Below are positions 41,701 through 51,708 of a stretch of DNA of 64,000 nucleotides, in pieces. Positions within the stretch are counted from its first letter, which is position 1. Each line of letters begins with the position of its first letter. The notes under the pieces are model-generated. The model had not been told where the DNA came from and did not search any database. It was given only the letters and a program-made list of their open reading frames with translations. Position numbers and translations under genes: made by a program. This DNA comes from Trypanosoma brucei (Eukaryota), in contig CP000069.1 in the NCBI GenBank assembly GCA_000002445.1, positions 928,001 to 992,000 of the forward strand, read 5' to 3'.

Positions 41701-44276
41701 AGGAGGCAGAGCCAGTGAATATCATATGGCCGCTTTTCCATAACGGGTGTGCTGCAGGACTGCGATTTCTTTCGTTGCCCCATTTCAAAGGACATCGTTC
41801 AGCAAAAGAGGAAGAATCCATCACACGGCATTGGGTGCTCTATCAGACACGAAATATTTCTTGCCCAGCATCACGATCTGGACTTCTTCTAGCTGCGGGC
41901 CTACTCGGCCACCTTAAGGTCCTTCAACGGACCGATATTTATTCCCTTCTCGTATCACCACAGTCCCAGTTCTCGGGACGCGAAGCGGTTACGATTGCTG
42001 TGTTGCTGGGGTTAAGCTGTAGTTTACGTGGCACATCAAACCCTGTTGTGTTCAATTGTGTCTCAATGCATGTGCAGTCACTTACGCCAGCCACCGAAGA
42101 CATCGAAGTTTCACTTGATGTACAAACTGCCGCCTCCGTGTCACTTGGGCTTTTGTACCAGGGAACACCCGATGCCTTTTTTGTCGAGATGTTACTCATT
42201 CAAATGTCACGTCTCCCTTCGGATGAGCATTTCCGAGACCGTGAGGGTTACGCCCTTGGTGCAGGTTTTGGTCTTGGACTGTTGCTGCTTGGAACCGGAA
42301 GCTCCCATGGCGTGCCCAATGTGGAAAACCGTTTACTGAAGTTTATGGAAGGGGCTCGCCGCGAGGCCGCACCATCCGCGTGTGAAGGACTTGAAGTATT
42401 CAACGAAGTCAACCCTGACAGCGGCCACTTTCTGACACGAGCACAAATGGCGCGAAACGCCAAGGAATCGTTTAGGAACCAATCTACACGAGTATACGAA
42501 GGCGATTGCTTTAATATAGCTGTCTCCGGTCCTGCTGCTGTGGTAGCACTGGGGTTCATTTATCTGCAAACCAACGATGCGCTCATAGCAGATAAGATTG
42601 CTCCACCCAACCGTCTTGTGGGATTGCAAGGAGTTTTCCCGGAGTTGTGCCTCCTTCGGACGATGATGTCTTCCCTTATCATGTGGTCCAAGGTTGAGCC
42701 AACACAAGAGTGGATTTTCCAGAATGTCCCATCCTGCCTACTCCGCCTCGTGCACTCACCAAAGAAAAGTGGTCTCGCTCCGTCGCAGATTCGCTATCTG
42801 ACGATGAATCTTGGTTACTGCATTGCTGGTGCTGTTCTGGCAATGGGCATGCGGTTTGCAGGTTCTATGAATGCGGACGCCAAGGTGACGGTACTTGCGG
42901 AATTAAATGGGTTTCTTCGTGGTTTTATCGGTTCTACCAAGACGGGGATCACAAGTATACAGAATTCTACGGGCGCCTTTCTTCCGTGCATTTCGGCGTG
43001 CGCGATAGCATTGGCACTAGTTACTGCTGGAACAGGTGATGTTCAATGCCTCGCTGTTATGCAAAAGTTGCACAAACGCATGAATGTGGGTTATGGCGAT
43101 CATCTTGCTATCTCCATGGCTACTGGACTTCTTTTCCTCGGTGGAGGGCAACTGACACTTTCGAACTCGCTTTCTTCTGTTGCGGCCCTTATCATGGCTT
43201 TCTACCCTGTTTGGCCTGAGACAGCGTCTGACAATAGAATGCATCTGCAAGCATTGCGACATCTATACTGTCTCGCCGTGGTTCCCCGACTTATTGAAAC
43301 AATTGATGTGCTAACGAACCGTCCGGTGTCCGTTCCTGTTCGTGTCATTGTTAATCGAGGAAGGTTGTTTCAAAATGAACCTTCGAGTGTTGTGAAAGAG
43401 ATGTGGACGCCTGTGCCGAAGGGTAGAGAAAACCAAGCGGTCCGTATGGTGACACCATGCCTCTTGCCTGAACTTAGTACAGTTGCACAAATCGAAATAA
43501 GGAGTGCTCAGCACTATAATATGACCATATGCAACATGGACCCCAATGTCATTGGTGATGGTGGTATTGTTGTTCGCGTTCTTGAGAAAAATGTAACCAG
43601 CACAGAGGACGGCAAATCTGGTCGTAGCCTTGGGGAGGAACTTGTGGTGAGCTGGATACAACGCCTATTCCATGAACAAATGCAGTTGCGGCCCGGACCA
43701 ATAGAAGCTGGGGTCATCATTGACAACGTAAACCTCTTGTTCACCTGTCAGGAAAGATTTCTAGCGGATTTGAGTCATTCCGAGCGGGAGTTTTCTTTAG
43801 ATTTTATAATGAACGTGCGTCGGACGTTAAACCGACGGTACAGCGGCCTATTGCGACATACCGGAAGGTTGTCCACGCGGCACCCTCTTTCTCAGTTGAT
43901 TAAGAAGCAGAAATCCGTGTATAGCACGGCCTCTTCTCTTGTACAGACACTTGTGAGTGATGATGGGCACTCCAGTGACCTTGCGCCTATTGCGGAAGCC
44001 CTTCTCATGTATGCCGAGGCCACAGGAATGGAGTCAACGGGTAACAGCGAAGCCTTCCACGTTTCTTTTGTCATGCAATGGCTTTCTCAGGCACTTCACT
44101 TTTACGGTCTTGTCGGACGGACAAAACCTCTGTCGCAGTTGCTAACCAAGTATACTGACGTACTTCAACGGCGGGAACAAAGGGTTTACGCACTCTACCG
44201 CATGAACCAAACCTTGTTGCTTCGCCCTGAAGTGCTTGAAGACTTGGTGGATTGCTGTGTAGAGCTGGCAAACTAA
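38763..44276 (+). CDS. Anaphase-promoting complex subunit 1 (APC1)-like large protein with PC repeats
   Basis: 1837 aa. It contains several proteasome/cyclosome (PC) repeat-like segments (GAGFGLGLLLLGTGSSHG, AISMATGLLFLGGGQLTLSN, LGLLYQGTPDAFF). The size and repeat type fit APC1 rather than Rpn1/Rpn2. Confidence 0.45.
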   Translation: MQSAYTIKVSERQADGVRDVSVFHHGELHFSTSHRNMKWAVLTRFPAPFTQHGGSLHPAAISLPDEKCDVASACRGNEKQRDPVVVGKSDIDSGSKLMYEYLCVFHCDEPRNRLSHYTAHQPWTICSAYSTADPAAVTHFVLNNINPSCVVPGLRGVFVHGTPQSVPTVPSPLIQVGVNTFQPAADLWWMVSQLAINPVYVSVGGGNPATCLPTGDAAANSTRMHIYNCEDNMECVAPKYALVGSTVLAQFQVSEDRMMVVAVGGNDVRLAMTTVSEHVGIMLWVWWPQRLHMPNLRVKGASVSLTVSESCRANVQVLFLFDASRGSLHVLRTPDLLTAKGSLDLLFTISTNCPPVVLPCMCSSMMQPIMVCNRPSVNEVALYYVPELLRTPLSTNYMATMSLSGVLPKNVIVEGVSYHNGSTVVFEAAVAGSDREPSVAASHQQYAFNFPSLLDEQHPLARFILEALEPVFETECVALLQCELLRRSWKSKRKGQVWDFGTGCLELIANIVHNSMSPNSDRRGSPSGGGRYAAAGGSGSGRSVSQMCDAAPSGLELQTSSACTFVDKNFRLCDVVADPILMTADTLQKNAFRFQDRGHHENHGKFSSELDHGNIWTKKQCGLCVFTLHLLYESLKLQERFWILLEPLARLNLRLSEIMQWSQYTRYYSTCLCETETEDFAGHTTTGASRTGTTVSFQRALPENLLIEYFKFHTSSSTAAVMSGAPPLLYTILQRVLKGKARTSGGWPAIRGITSSNPLSLANKLFFMLVDCFDAPQVTARVPTSWWFTLCKGLLEYDIDPKFVSTELCAGVGQPIERALCIAKDHPDDIWNDDFNTIIGRLDRLQHNLTSTRCVNPAGDVVRTAQERAIGREYRATLNDDDGVIMRPDFPKRWGDSRLDIVQSMFNTAAPITLPSQVDGTDAIYGSLRNLSRRATALPVGRGMFTLCTQNFRVRDSVPIPPLNLEGRTSDGITITNNFEEAEPVNIIWPLFHNGCAAGLRFLSLPHFKGHRSAKEEESITRHWVLYQTRNISCPASRSGLLLAAGLLGHLKVLQRTDIYSLLVSPQSQFSGREAVTIAVLLGLSCSLRGTSNPVVFNCVSMHVQSLTPATEDIEVSLDVQTAASVSLGLLYQGTPDAFFVEMLLIQMSRLPSDEHFRDREGYALGAGFGLGLLLLGTGSSHGVPNVENRLLKFMEGARREAAPSACEGLEVFNEVNPDSGHFLTRAQMARNAKESFRNQSTRVYEGDCFNIAVSGPAAVVALGFIYLQTNDALIADKIAPPNRLVGLQGVFPELCLLRTMMSSLIMWSKVEPTQEWIFQNVPSCLLRLVHSPKKSGLAPSQIRYLTMNLGYCIAGAVLAMGMRFAGSMNADAKVTVLAELNGFLRGFIGSTKTGITSIQNSTGAFLPCISACAIALALVTAGTGDVQCLAVMQKLHKRMNVGYGDHLAISMATGLLFLGGGQLTLSNSLSSVAALIMAFYPVWPETASDNRMHLQALRHLYCLAVVPRLIETIDVLTNRPVSVPVRVIVNRGRLFQNEPSSVVKEMWTPVPKGRENQAVRMVTPCLLPELSTVAQIEIRSAQHYNMTICNMDPNVIGDGGIVVRVLEKNVTSTEDGKSGRSLGEELVVSWIQRLFHEQMQLRPGPIEAGVIIDNVNLLFTCQERFLADLSHSEREFSLDFIMNVRRTLNRRYSGLLRHTGRLSTRHPLSQLIKKQKSVYSTASSLVQTLVSDDGHSSDLAPIAEALLMYAEATGMESTGNSEAFHVSFVMQWLSQALHFYGLVGRTKPLSQLLTKYTDVLQRREQRVYALYRMNQTLLLRPEVLEDLVDCCVELAN

Positions 44277-44729
44277 CCGTGCATGCGCAAACGTGCGTGC
44301 GCGCCTATAGATTCGAACCGTATCCTTGAATTTTATACTTCTTTTGACCTCCATCTACCATCAGATGGTCGCCGGGTGTTGTGTGCCCGATAGTGCTGTT
44401 TTGCTATAGCGTATGTCAGTGTACATTTCATCCCCAGTTTTGCCTCCTTTTAACCTGCTGGTACATAAAGTACAGTTTAAAGGGGTAGCAGTTGCACATC
44501 ACTTTGGACCTTTCTTTTGAGTTTCCTCCCGAAAATTAATCTCCCACTTTCCTCATTTCTATCCCTTGACCCTGCCGTATTCACGCGAACACGTTTGTGT
44601 GTGATCTTTAACTACATGTTCAGTAACTGTAAGTGAATAGAAGAAGGTAGCACACTTTGTAGGAATATACGCATTGAAGGTTATATTTTTGTTACTTATA
44701 TTATTGTTTCACTGCTATCTATCATCACT

Positions 44730-45122
44730 ATGGATGATGATAAACTTGTGATGTTTGACGCCAATGGCGCCATACGCATGTACGACCCGGAGAAATTCGA
44801 CCAACTAGTGAAGACGATCGAAGTCGAAAAACGCTTTACCACACGTATGGACGAGTTCAAGAACATCGTCAATCAGACTATGTCGATTGTTGAGCAACTG
44901 GGAAAGGCCATTGAAGAGGAAAAATTGAAAGCGATTGGATCTCGCAACATCGTAGAAAGCGAAGCAGAGGAGCGCTTTCGCACTGTACAGGAGGCGCAAG
45001 TAAGGCTCCGTGAAAAGCAAGCGGAACTCGACCGTTATATTGCAGAATATGATTCATTGAAGAAAGTGGAACAAGAACAGGAGATGTACATCAAGCACCT
45101 GAGTCACGCCTCGCGTGAGTAG
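44730..45122 (+). CDS. IFT20: Intraflagellar transport protein 20 (IFT20)
   Basis: 130-aa coiled-coil protein. EEKLKAIGSRNIV and LDRYIAEYDSLKKVEQEQEMYI align with human IFT20 EKMKAIGARNLL and [22 protein letters not shown]. Confidence 0.8.
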   Translation: MDDDKLVMFDANGAIRMYDPEKFDQLVKTIEVEKRFTTRMDEFKNIVNQTMSIVEQLGKAIEEEKLKAIGSRNIVESEAEERFRTVQEAQVRLREKQAELDRYIAEYDSLKKVEQEQEMYIKHLSHASRE

Positions 45123-45490
45123 CTGGACACAGTTAACATGGATAGAGTGATTATGTTTACGGGTGTATGTACGATGAAGGAAAGGGAAAGGAAGGGATGA
45201 CAGCAGCTAAAATATTATTTTATGTCACGTATTCCTCTCCCCTTCCCATGTGCCCCTTGTCTCGTATGCTTCGGTTCACATCTGGGAGAACAAGGGGGGA
45301 AGTGGAGGTAACATTAACGGTGAGTATAGATTTTTGTTTATGATTGCTTGATGGTTGATGCGGGTAGTTCTTTTGTTTTTGGGGCTACTCATGCGATCTG
45401 TTTGTTCATATATATATTCTCGGTAGCTACGAGCACATCTCTCATTCTTTATTTTATTTACAAGTGTTTTGCAGCAAAACTATTGCTTAC

Positions 45491-45575
45491 TCATTTGCTA
45501 TGTTTACTTTATTACTGCCTTCCACCTTGTCATTCCCCTCCCATCCCTACCCCGGTCGTTTTCGTTACTGGTTTT
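45491..45575 (+). promoter_or_regulatory. Polypyrimidine tract with downstream AG, a candidate SL trans-splicing acceptor region for the PIG-M gene
   Basis: A tract of about 85 nt, at least 80% pyrimidine (ctcatttgctatgtttactttattactgccttccaccttgtcattcccctcccatccctaccccggtcgttttcgttactgg), ends about 140 nt upstream of ATG 45717. In trypanosomatids such tracts direct both SL addition and upstream polyadenylation. Confidence 0.45.
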
Positions 45576-45716
45576 AAAACCGACTTCCAATAGGAAACTG
45601 TGGGCAGGACGTCGAATTTGGAATTCATTGCAGAAAAAGCAAGTGTTTAGGCAAAGGGGAAAGGATAGAGGCTTATCAGCTAGAAAATTTCCGTGTAGTT
45701 TTCCACCACGTCTCAG

Positions 45717-47009
45717 ATGGAACTGCAGTCGCTTATAGACACGGTGAGTTTGCAAAAACTGCTGCTTCTGGGTGCCTTGTTGCGTTTAATTCTTATCGCG
45801 TATGCATTCTTTCATGATCAATGGTTTAGGGTAAAATATACGGATATTGATTACATGATCGTTGTGGATGGGGCGCGACACATGTGGAATGGGGGCTCTC
45901 CTTTCGATCGCACGACGTTTCGTTATACCCCCCTTCTTGCTGCGTTAGTGATGCCCAGCATTTGGATTGCGAATCCCATGGGAAAGTTGATATTCGCTTC
46001 TTCGGACTTAGGTGCGGCGTGGTATTGTTACGGTGTGCTGAAAAGTTTTGCCAAGGAAAGAAGTGCGAAGTGGATGGTGTCTTTATTTATCTTGTTTAAT
46101 CCGATTGTTCTGAGTGTGTCCACACGGGGGAACAGCGACATGCTGGTTACTTTCATGAGTTTGATGGTTTTGTCTAAGTTCGCTCGTCGTAAGTGCTATC
46201 AAGCAGCGGCCGTTCTTGGTTTCGCCGTTCACTTTAAGATATACCCGATAATATATGCTCTTCCGCTTACCCTTGGTGTGTGGGAACAATCTGTTGCGGC
46301 GAGCACAAACACGTGGAGACGGGTGGTCAAAACAGCAGTCGTCGTGTCAATATGCGCACTAATGGCTGCAATTTCCTTCGCAGTACCCACGGTCCTTTGT
46401 TACATGAAGTATGGACAACAGTACCTCAACGAGGCCTTTATTTACCATGTATATCGCGAAGATCATCGTCACAACTTTTCACCGTATTGGTTGCTGATGT
46501 ATCTCAACATGGCGAGACGTCATCTGGGACAAGGTGTTGACTTCTCCCCGCGCCTCGTTGCGTTTGCTCCTCAGGCAGTGGTGTTGAGTTTTGTATCGTA
46601 CAAACTCCGCCGCAACACGGCGCATGCTTGCTGTGTGCAGACGGTGTTGTTCGTTGCCTTTAATAAAGTGTGCACTGTACAATATTTTGTGTGGTTTATC
46701 CCCTTTCTTGCGTTCCTTTTCTGTGAGCCAAAAGAGGTGGAGGACGACGAAAGTGGTGGCAGCGGTGCGTTCAAATTTTTTTCCTGGGTGAAGGCGCTCG
46801 GTGTGGTGCTGATGTGGGCAGCAACCATTCCTCTATGGGTCACCACCGCCGTGCCGCTGGAGTTTCACGGTTATAGTGACTTTGCACAACTCTGGATTGT
46901 TTCGTGCCTTTTCTTTTTGGCGATGGTTGTACTCGCTTCCATGTTAGCACGCATTGCGTATCGGGTTCAGTGTACGAAGTGTTCAGCGAAGTCGATCAAA
47001 GTAGCTTAG
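45717..47009 (+). CDS. PIGM: GPI mannosyltransferase I (PIG-M/GPI14)
   Basis: Multi-pass membrane protein with the luminal motif KYTDIDYMIVVDGARHMWNGGSPFDRTTFRYTPLL, which is the conserved DXD-containing PIG-M signature. Confidence 0.8.
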   Translation: MELQSLIDTVSLQKLLLLGALLRLILIAYAFFHDQWFRVKYTDIDYMIVVDGARHMWNGGSPFDRTTFRYTPLLAALVMPSIWIANPMGKLIFASSDLGAAWYCYGVLKSFAKERSAKWMVSLFILFNPIVLSVSTRGNSDMLVTFMSLMVLSKFARRKCYQAAAVLGFAVHFKIYPIIYALPLTLGVWEQSVAASTNTWRRVVKTAVVVSICALMAAISFAVPTVLCYMKYGQQYLNEAFIYHVYREDHRHNFSPYWLLMYLNMARRHLGQGVDFSPRLVAFAPQAVVLSFVSYKLRRNTAHACCVQTVLFVAFNKVCTVQYFVWFIPFLAFLFCEPKEVEDDESGGSGAFKFFSWVKALGVVLMWAATIPLWVTTAVPLEFHGYSDFAQLWIVSCLFFLAMVVLASMLARIAYRVQCTKCSAKSIKVA

Positions 47010-47468
47010 CGCGGTGTTGTCGATGTCTTACAGTTGGCTTGCAAGTGGGTGTTTGCTTCGCGGTGGATTGGTTTAACCCGTAAGAGAGTACTCAACATCC
47101 CTTCCCCAACCTGCGTTTTCTCATTTCTTTTTTTTTTTGGAGTTTTTTGTCACATTGAAATATAAGGAAAGCGTCGACCGTATTACATACCCGTAATTCC
47201 TTTAACACCACATTCGTCCACGTGTCCACGTCACCCAAACCTTGTTACTTGAAACCGAATTAGTTATCTCTTATCTTGTTACATCGTACGATAAACACTT
47301 CTTTTTTCTGTAAGTCTCATTCGCCCACTTTCCGCTTCTACTCCTGAAGGTTACGCTTCACGCTCCCGTTTGGGTTAGAACAAAGGAGGAATATAAACAA
47401 AGAAGGGAGAGGGGAGAACTGTCCGCAAGGGAGAGTGATCCTTAATATTTTCTCTAGAAGGGATTGCA

Positions 47469-50400
47469 ATGGTTGTGAGTCTTTCCGGTTATTCTCCGCG
47501 GGAAGTATACGAGGTAGAGTGTGCCAAATTTAACTGCAAAAAGAATAGTGCAATATGTAACTTCCTTTCGGAGCGGCCGGATGACTTTAAAAGCATCAGC
47601 GTTATTGATTTATCAAAGAATTTTGTGGGGCCAAAAGGTGTTCTGCCTCTTCTGGAGGTTGTTCGTCTCTGTGAAAATCTCGAACTTTTGAATCTGTGCG
47701 GTCAACAACTAGATAAAAACGCTATTGACGCACTCTGTTTGGTGTTGCGTAGTCATCCCACTGTAATTCATTTAAATCTCTCGGCCAATCCACTTAGTAT
47801 GTCGGCAGGTACATCGCTTCTCTTGCTGGCGAAGGACAATCCGCTTATTCAGCACATCAACCTCACAGATAGCTTCATCAAACCATCTGTTCTGTTGGCG
47901 ATTAATGCACAATTGGAGAGAAACAGAGAATATAGAGGTAAGGAAGCGGACCGAGCAGATATAATTTCAAACGTGCAAAGGAATGAGAAATTAAACGGTG
48001 GTGATGTTAGAATACCCTTGCAGACATCGCAAGAGAGAGGGGAAGTTCTTTCAAGGCCTATGCAACCGATTGTGCAAGACCAAAATGTGACATCGCGTGA
48101 AACAGATGATCAGGCATACGATTCCTTGTATCCCCATGATTTGGGTGCCCTTTTGGCTAGTTTTACACATGAGGTTCATGATGTCTTGTTTGATGAAGAT
48201 CCGACATCATACGTAGCGAAATATTGCTCGGTGCGGCGGACATGCTTTCACGATGCAGACTTTCGTGCTGATAGAGTCCCTCTTCGTCGCGGTGTTAGGC
48301 GGTGGGATGCCTTCGCCTGGAGGCGTGTGAGCAAGTTGTTTCCATCAGCAACGTTACTTCCGGAAGCTGGGGAAGATAAGACACTGGTATTCCCTCGCGA
48401 ATGCTTCCAAGCATATTCGTGGGTTTTTACCTGCGTTGAGGCTGTTTTCAAGGATGCGGCAATCCTTCGTGATACTCTTTTCACTTCTTACGATGTGGAT
48501 CACGGTGTTTATGGTATTCGCGTGTATGTGGATGGGCGGTGGCGGTACGTTATAGTCGATGACTATCTTCCCGTTAACGAGAAGAACGAACTCATGTTCA
48601 CAAAACCCGTTGACAATAAATACTTCTGGCCTTGTATACTAGAGAAAGCATTAGCCAAGATGTACGGTGGTTATTTGGCACTTGATATAGAATTTATTTT
48701 GGAGTCCGTTCCACGAGCCCTTTCGATGACTCCTGAAGCAACCACCCCAACGAACACGCCACTACTTGCGTCCAACGGTTTTCCGAACACTGTGGAGTGT
48801 CGTGATGACGATGTACGGCGTACGAGCTGCGCCAAAACACTACAAGACCTCAGTGGTGGGGTGGGTATTACTCGCTTCCTGCGTACTGCTGAATTTCAGA
48901 AGGATGAGTGGTGGGCCTCTATGCTAGATATGTCTAGGTCTGGTGCTATTATGGTGGGGATAACAGACTTTGAAAATGCCCTTCCCGGTATAGAGACGGC
49001 TCACGCATACCGCATTACCCACGTGCAGCAGGTTGGTGGAATAAAGCTCGTCATGCTTTCCAGTCAGTGGTCGCCCCAGCAGTGGAAGGGCGATTGGTCA
49101 GATGATTCTTGTCTATGGCAGTCTCATCGTGATGTCAGTATGACTCTTCGAAAAAAAAGGTTGGCCGGCGACCACTTTGGGTTTTGGATGTCGTATAACG
49201 ACTTCCTTTCGGTTTTTATTCAGGTGCATATTTGTCATGTGTTTAATGGCTTTACACAGCATGTTGTGGAGTGTGAGTGGGGTAGGGACACCGCAGGGGG
49301 GCCATGCTTTGACCATCACTGGCACCTCAATCCACACTTCAAACTGCGACTGTCAGAGAACACGCTCTTTTTCATCAACCTTTCCCTACCGGACACGCGC
49401 TTTGCACCAACGTGCGTTAAGGCGATGGGGATGCATATTCTTAACAGCCCGCGGTACCCGGTATGCTACCTACATAACACGCAAGATTGTGTCGTCGCAA
49501 CCGATTATGTGGAGACGGACTCGATTTCCGTAGAGGGCAATTTTACAAAAGAAGGTGTTTATTGGATAGTTCCCAGTGCTGACTTGACAGGGGTAATGAG
49601 CAGGTTCATCCTCCGCATGTTTGTGAGCTCACCATTTGTTTTCTCTTCAGAAGTGATTGGCAACCACTGGAATACGCTGAAATTCTCCGATATCATAGAG
49701 TGTAGTGGCGAATTCTGTGCGGGGGATGACAACGCGCAAGTGCTTATTCGGTTTCTCACAAATGACAAGATTAGAGAGGAGGTGTCGGTAGGTCCAATTG
49801 TTGTGAAGGTGGCAACACCAGAGGATAAGAACCTTGCGATTGGGCTGTTCCTTGTACATTCAAGTTTTGCGGGATCGAAGGCGTCCAGGACCCTTGGAGT
49901 TGTGGATAAAGGGGATATTGTGGCTTCGAGTCCTTATGCAGTTACTGACAGGGCTTACATTATGGCAGACGTTTGCGATAACGACGTGTACACATTGATA
50001 ACATGTATTAGTCCCACCGGCTCACGCGCGGAAATCGAATACACCCTATGGAGTGCCATCCCCTCGCCGCAGCATACCATTTTACCTGTATGGGGAAGGA
50101 AAAGCGTTACAGTGTCGTGGCCTGAGGGGAGTGGTTCTTTCTATGGGGTGAAGAACAACCCGCAAATTGAGATATGCCCTGAACGCGATTTTGATACGTT
50201 CGTTATCAAGATGAACCTCGTGGAATGTAATGTGACCGATCCTGCGATTGTTCTTTTCGTGCTTCAAAACGCCGGGAATAAGGGGGATGGTATCAAGGGG
50301 AAAATACCAGCGAATCAGGTGTTAAAACGCTCTCAGTATGTGCGACACCACTTTGTACAGTGCGAGCTGCAACTGCTAGAACCGACGGACTCCCTTTTGG

Positions 50401-50501
50401 TTATTCCTTGTCTGCAGCCCACGGGGTCGAAAGGGGCGTGTGCCATAACGGTTTCAACGGAAACTTCCGATTTTTCTGTTAGAGTGTTGTCGAGTGTTTA
50501 A
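47469..50501 (+). CDS. Calpain-like cysteine-peptidase-family protein with an N-terminal RNI-type leucine-rich repeat region
   Basis: The calpain domain II segment GIRVYVDGRWRYVIVDDYLPVNEKNELMFTKPVDNKYFWPCILEKALAKMYGGY aligns with human calpain [23 protein letters not shown]...FWSALLEKAYAKLHGSY. The N-terminus (about nt 47560-47900) carries LxxLxLxxN repeats (LSKNFVGPKGVLPLLEVVRLCENLELLNLCGQQL). Confidence 0.7.
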   Translation: MVVSLSGYSPREVYEVECAKFNCKKNSAICNFLSERPDDFKSISVIDLSKNFVGPKGVLPLLEVVRLCENLELLNLCGQQLDKNAIDALCLVLRSHPTVIHLNLSANPLSMSAGTSLLLLAKDNPLIQHINLTDSFIKPSVLLAINAQLERNREYRGKEADRADIISNVQRNEKLNGGDVRIPLQTSQERGEVLSRPMQPIVQDQNVTSRETDDQAYDSLYPHDLGALLASFTHEVHDVLFDEDPTSYVAKYCSVRRTCFHDADFRADRVPLRRGVRRWDAFAWRRVSKLFPSATLLPEAGEDKTLVFPRECFQAYSWVFTCVEAVFKDAAILRDTLFTSYDVDHGVYGIRVYVDGRWRYVIVDDYLPVNEKNELMFTKPVDNKYFWPCILEKALAKMYGGYLALDIEFILESVPRALSMTPEATTPTNTPLLASNGFPNTVECRDDDVRRTSCAKTLQDLSGGVGITRFLRTAEFQKDEWWASMLDMSRSGAIMVGITDFENALPGIETAHAYRITHVQQVGGIKLVMLSSQWSPQQWKGDWSDDSCLWQSHRDVSMTLRKKRLAGDHFGFWMSYNDFLSVFIQVHICHVFNGFTQHVVECEWGRDTAGGPCFDHHWHLNPHFKLRLSENTLFFINLSLPDTRFAPTCVKAMGMHILNSPRYPVCYLHNTQDCVVATDYVETDSISVEGNFTKEGVYWIVPSADLTGVMSRFILRMFVSSPFVFSSEVIGNHWNTLKFSDIIECSGEFCAGDDNAQVLIRFLTNDKIREEVSVGPIVVKVATPEDKNLAIGLFLVHSSFAGSKASRTLGVVDKGDIVASSPYAVTDRAYIMADVCDNDVYTLITCISPTGSRAEIEYTLWSAIPSPQHTILPVWGRKSVTVSWPEGSGSFYGVKNNPQIEICPERDFDTFVIKMNLVECNVTDPAIVLFVLQNAGNKGDGIKGKIPANQVLKRSQYVRHHFVQCELQLLEPTDSLLVIPCLQPTGSKGACAITVSTETSDFSVRVLSSV

Positions 50502-50988
50502 ACAATTGAGAGAGGAGTATGATGGTGGATATTCACTGGTGAAATGTGGCACCACGAATTAATAATGGTGGGCAGTGCCCACTGGTGGGTGGGGGTGAGG
50601 GGAATTGCACCTAATTTTCACATGTAAAGTGTTTTCCTTCAGGCGATCGAAAGAAAACGGCAGGCGTCAGTACTGTTGGTGTTGATTTTGTATGTTTAAT
50701 GTGTTTACGAACCAACAAAAGGGAGGAATGTTTACGTATACATGCGGATTAGACTCACTGTCTCCTATTGCACTTGCTGTTGTTTGTAACTGGTGTGCTT
50801 TTGGTTAGGCGTCAGCTCTGTAATAATATCTGATGGCCGGAAAGCCATAACAGTAACCGTACACTTTACTTTGTTTCTTACGTGGCATCCTCTTCACATC
50901 TCCACACCCTTTCACATGCACATTTGTCGATGATAACGTACAAGTTGGGCTAACGAAAAACGAAGCAGAGTAAGTATAAACCACGGAG

Positions 50989-51708
50989 ATGAGCACCGAA
51001 GACATTCTGATTGAATGCCCTCTTAATGTTGAGGTTGAGGAAGAAGCAGATGGCATCAACGATGTTGTTCGTTTAGAGGAAAATCAATTATCTACTGCAC
51101 AACTACTCTGTCGAATTACGTCCCTCATCGCGATTGGGGCGTTTATATACTTAACTTTTTGGAACAACTCTCAGTTCTGGGCCGTAGTATTTGTCTATCA
51201 TCCATTGTTTATGGTAGTTGCTTTTATGGGCGCGCTTCCCGAGCTCATGTGCACTGTTGCTGGTTTTCATAGTCGGAAGTTTCCATTTAGTCGCGTCATA
51301 AGAACGCATCTCAAGTGGACTATGGTGTTTAAGGCATTAAGTTTGCTTGGCATAGTCGCAGTAGAGTGGACCAAATTCGTCAAATCCAAAAATCATTTCA
51401 AGTCTTGGCATGGGATTATCGGTGCCGTGTGTGAAGCTTCTCAGTTTTTGGAAGCACTCGTAGGTCTCAGCATGTATTTCAATGCTGGTGGTCGCTTCTT
51501 CAGTTCGTCTCAGGCGCGTTTGCTTCGTGTGGCGCATCGACTCCTTGCCGTCGTGGTTATTTTAACGGGATTAACTTCCATGTCGTTGGGCATGTTCACC
51601 AAGTTTGCCGTGGAAGTGTACGGAGCGTTGGCCGTGCGGGTGGCATTTGCCATTCTTCCCATTGTTTTGGCACTGTGGGGTTATGCTTGCCCCTTTGTGG
51701 CCTGGTAA
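50989..51708 (+). CDS. Cytochrome b561-family membrane protein (putative)
   Basis: Multi-TM protein with spaced His pairs in b561-like contexts (VFVYHPLFMVVAF, RTHLKW, SWHGIIGAV). Confidence 0.5.
   Translation: MSTEDILIECPLNVEVEEEADGINDVVRLEENQLSTAQLLCRITSLIAIGAFIYLTFWNNSQFWAVVFVYHPLFMVVAFMGALPELMCTVAGFHSRKFPFSRVIRTHLKWTMVFKALSLLGIVAVEWTKFVKSKNHFKSWHGIIGAVCEASQFLEALVGLSMYFNAGGRFFSSSQARLLRVAHRLLAVVVILTGLTSMSLGMFTKFAVEVYGALAVRVAFAILPIVLALWGYACPFVAW

Noticed and set aside
44295-44330. tRNA-like T-arm signature (AGATTCGAACC, the reverse complement of GGTTCGAATCT) just after the APC1-like stop
   Set aside because: Flanking bases do not form a 5-bp T stem, and no acceptor or anticodon arms could be folded by eye. 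It is most likely chance.
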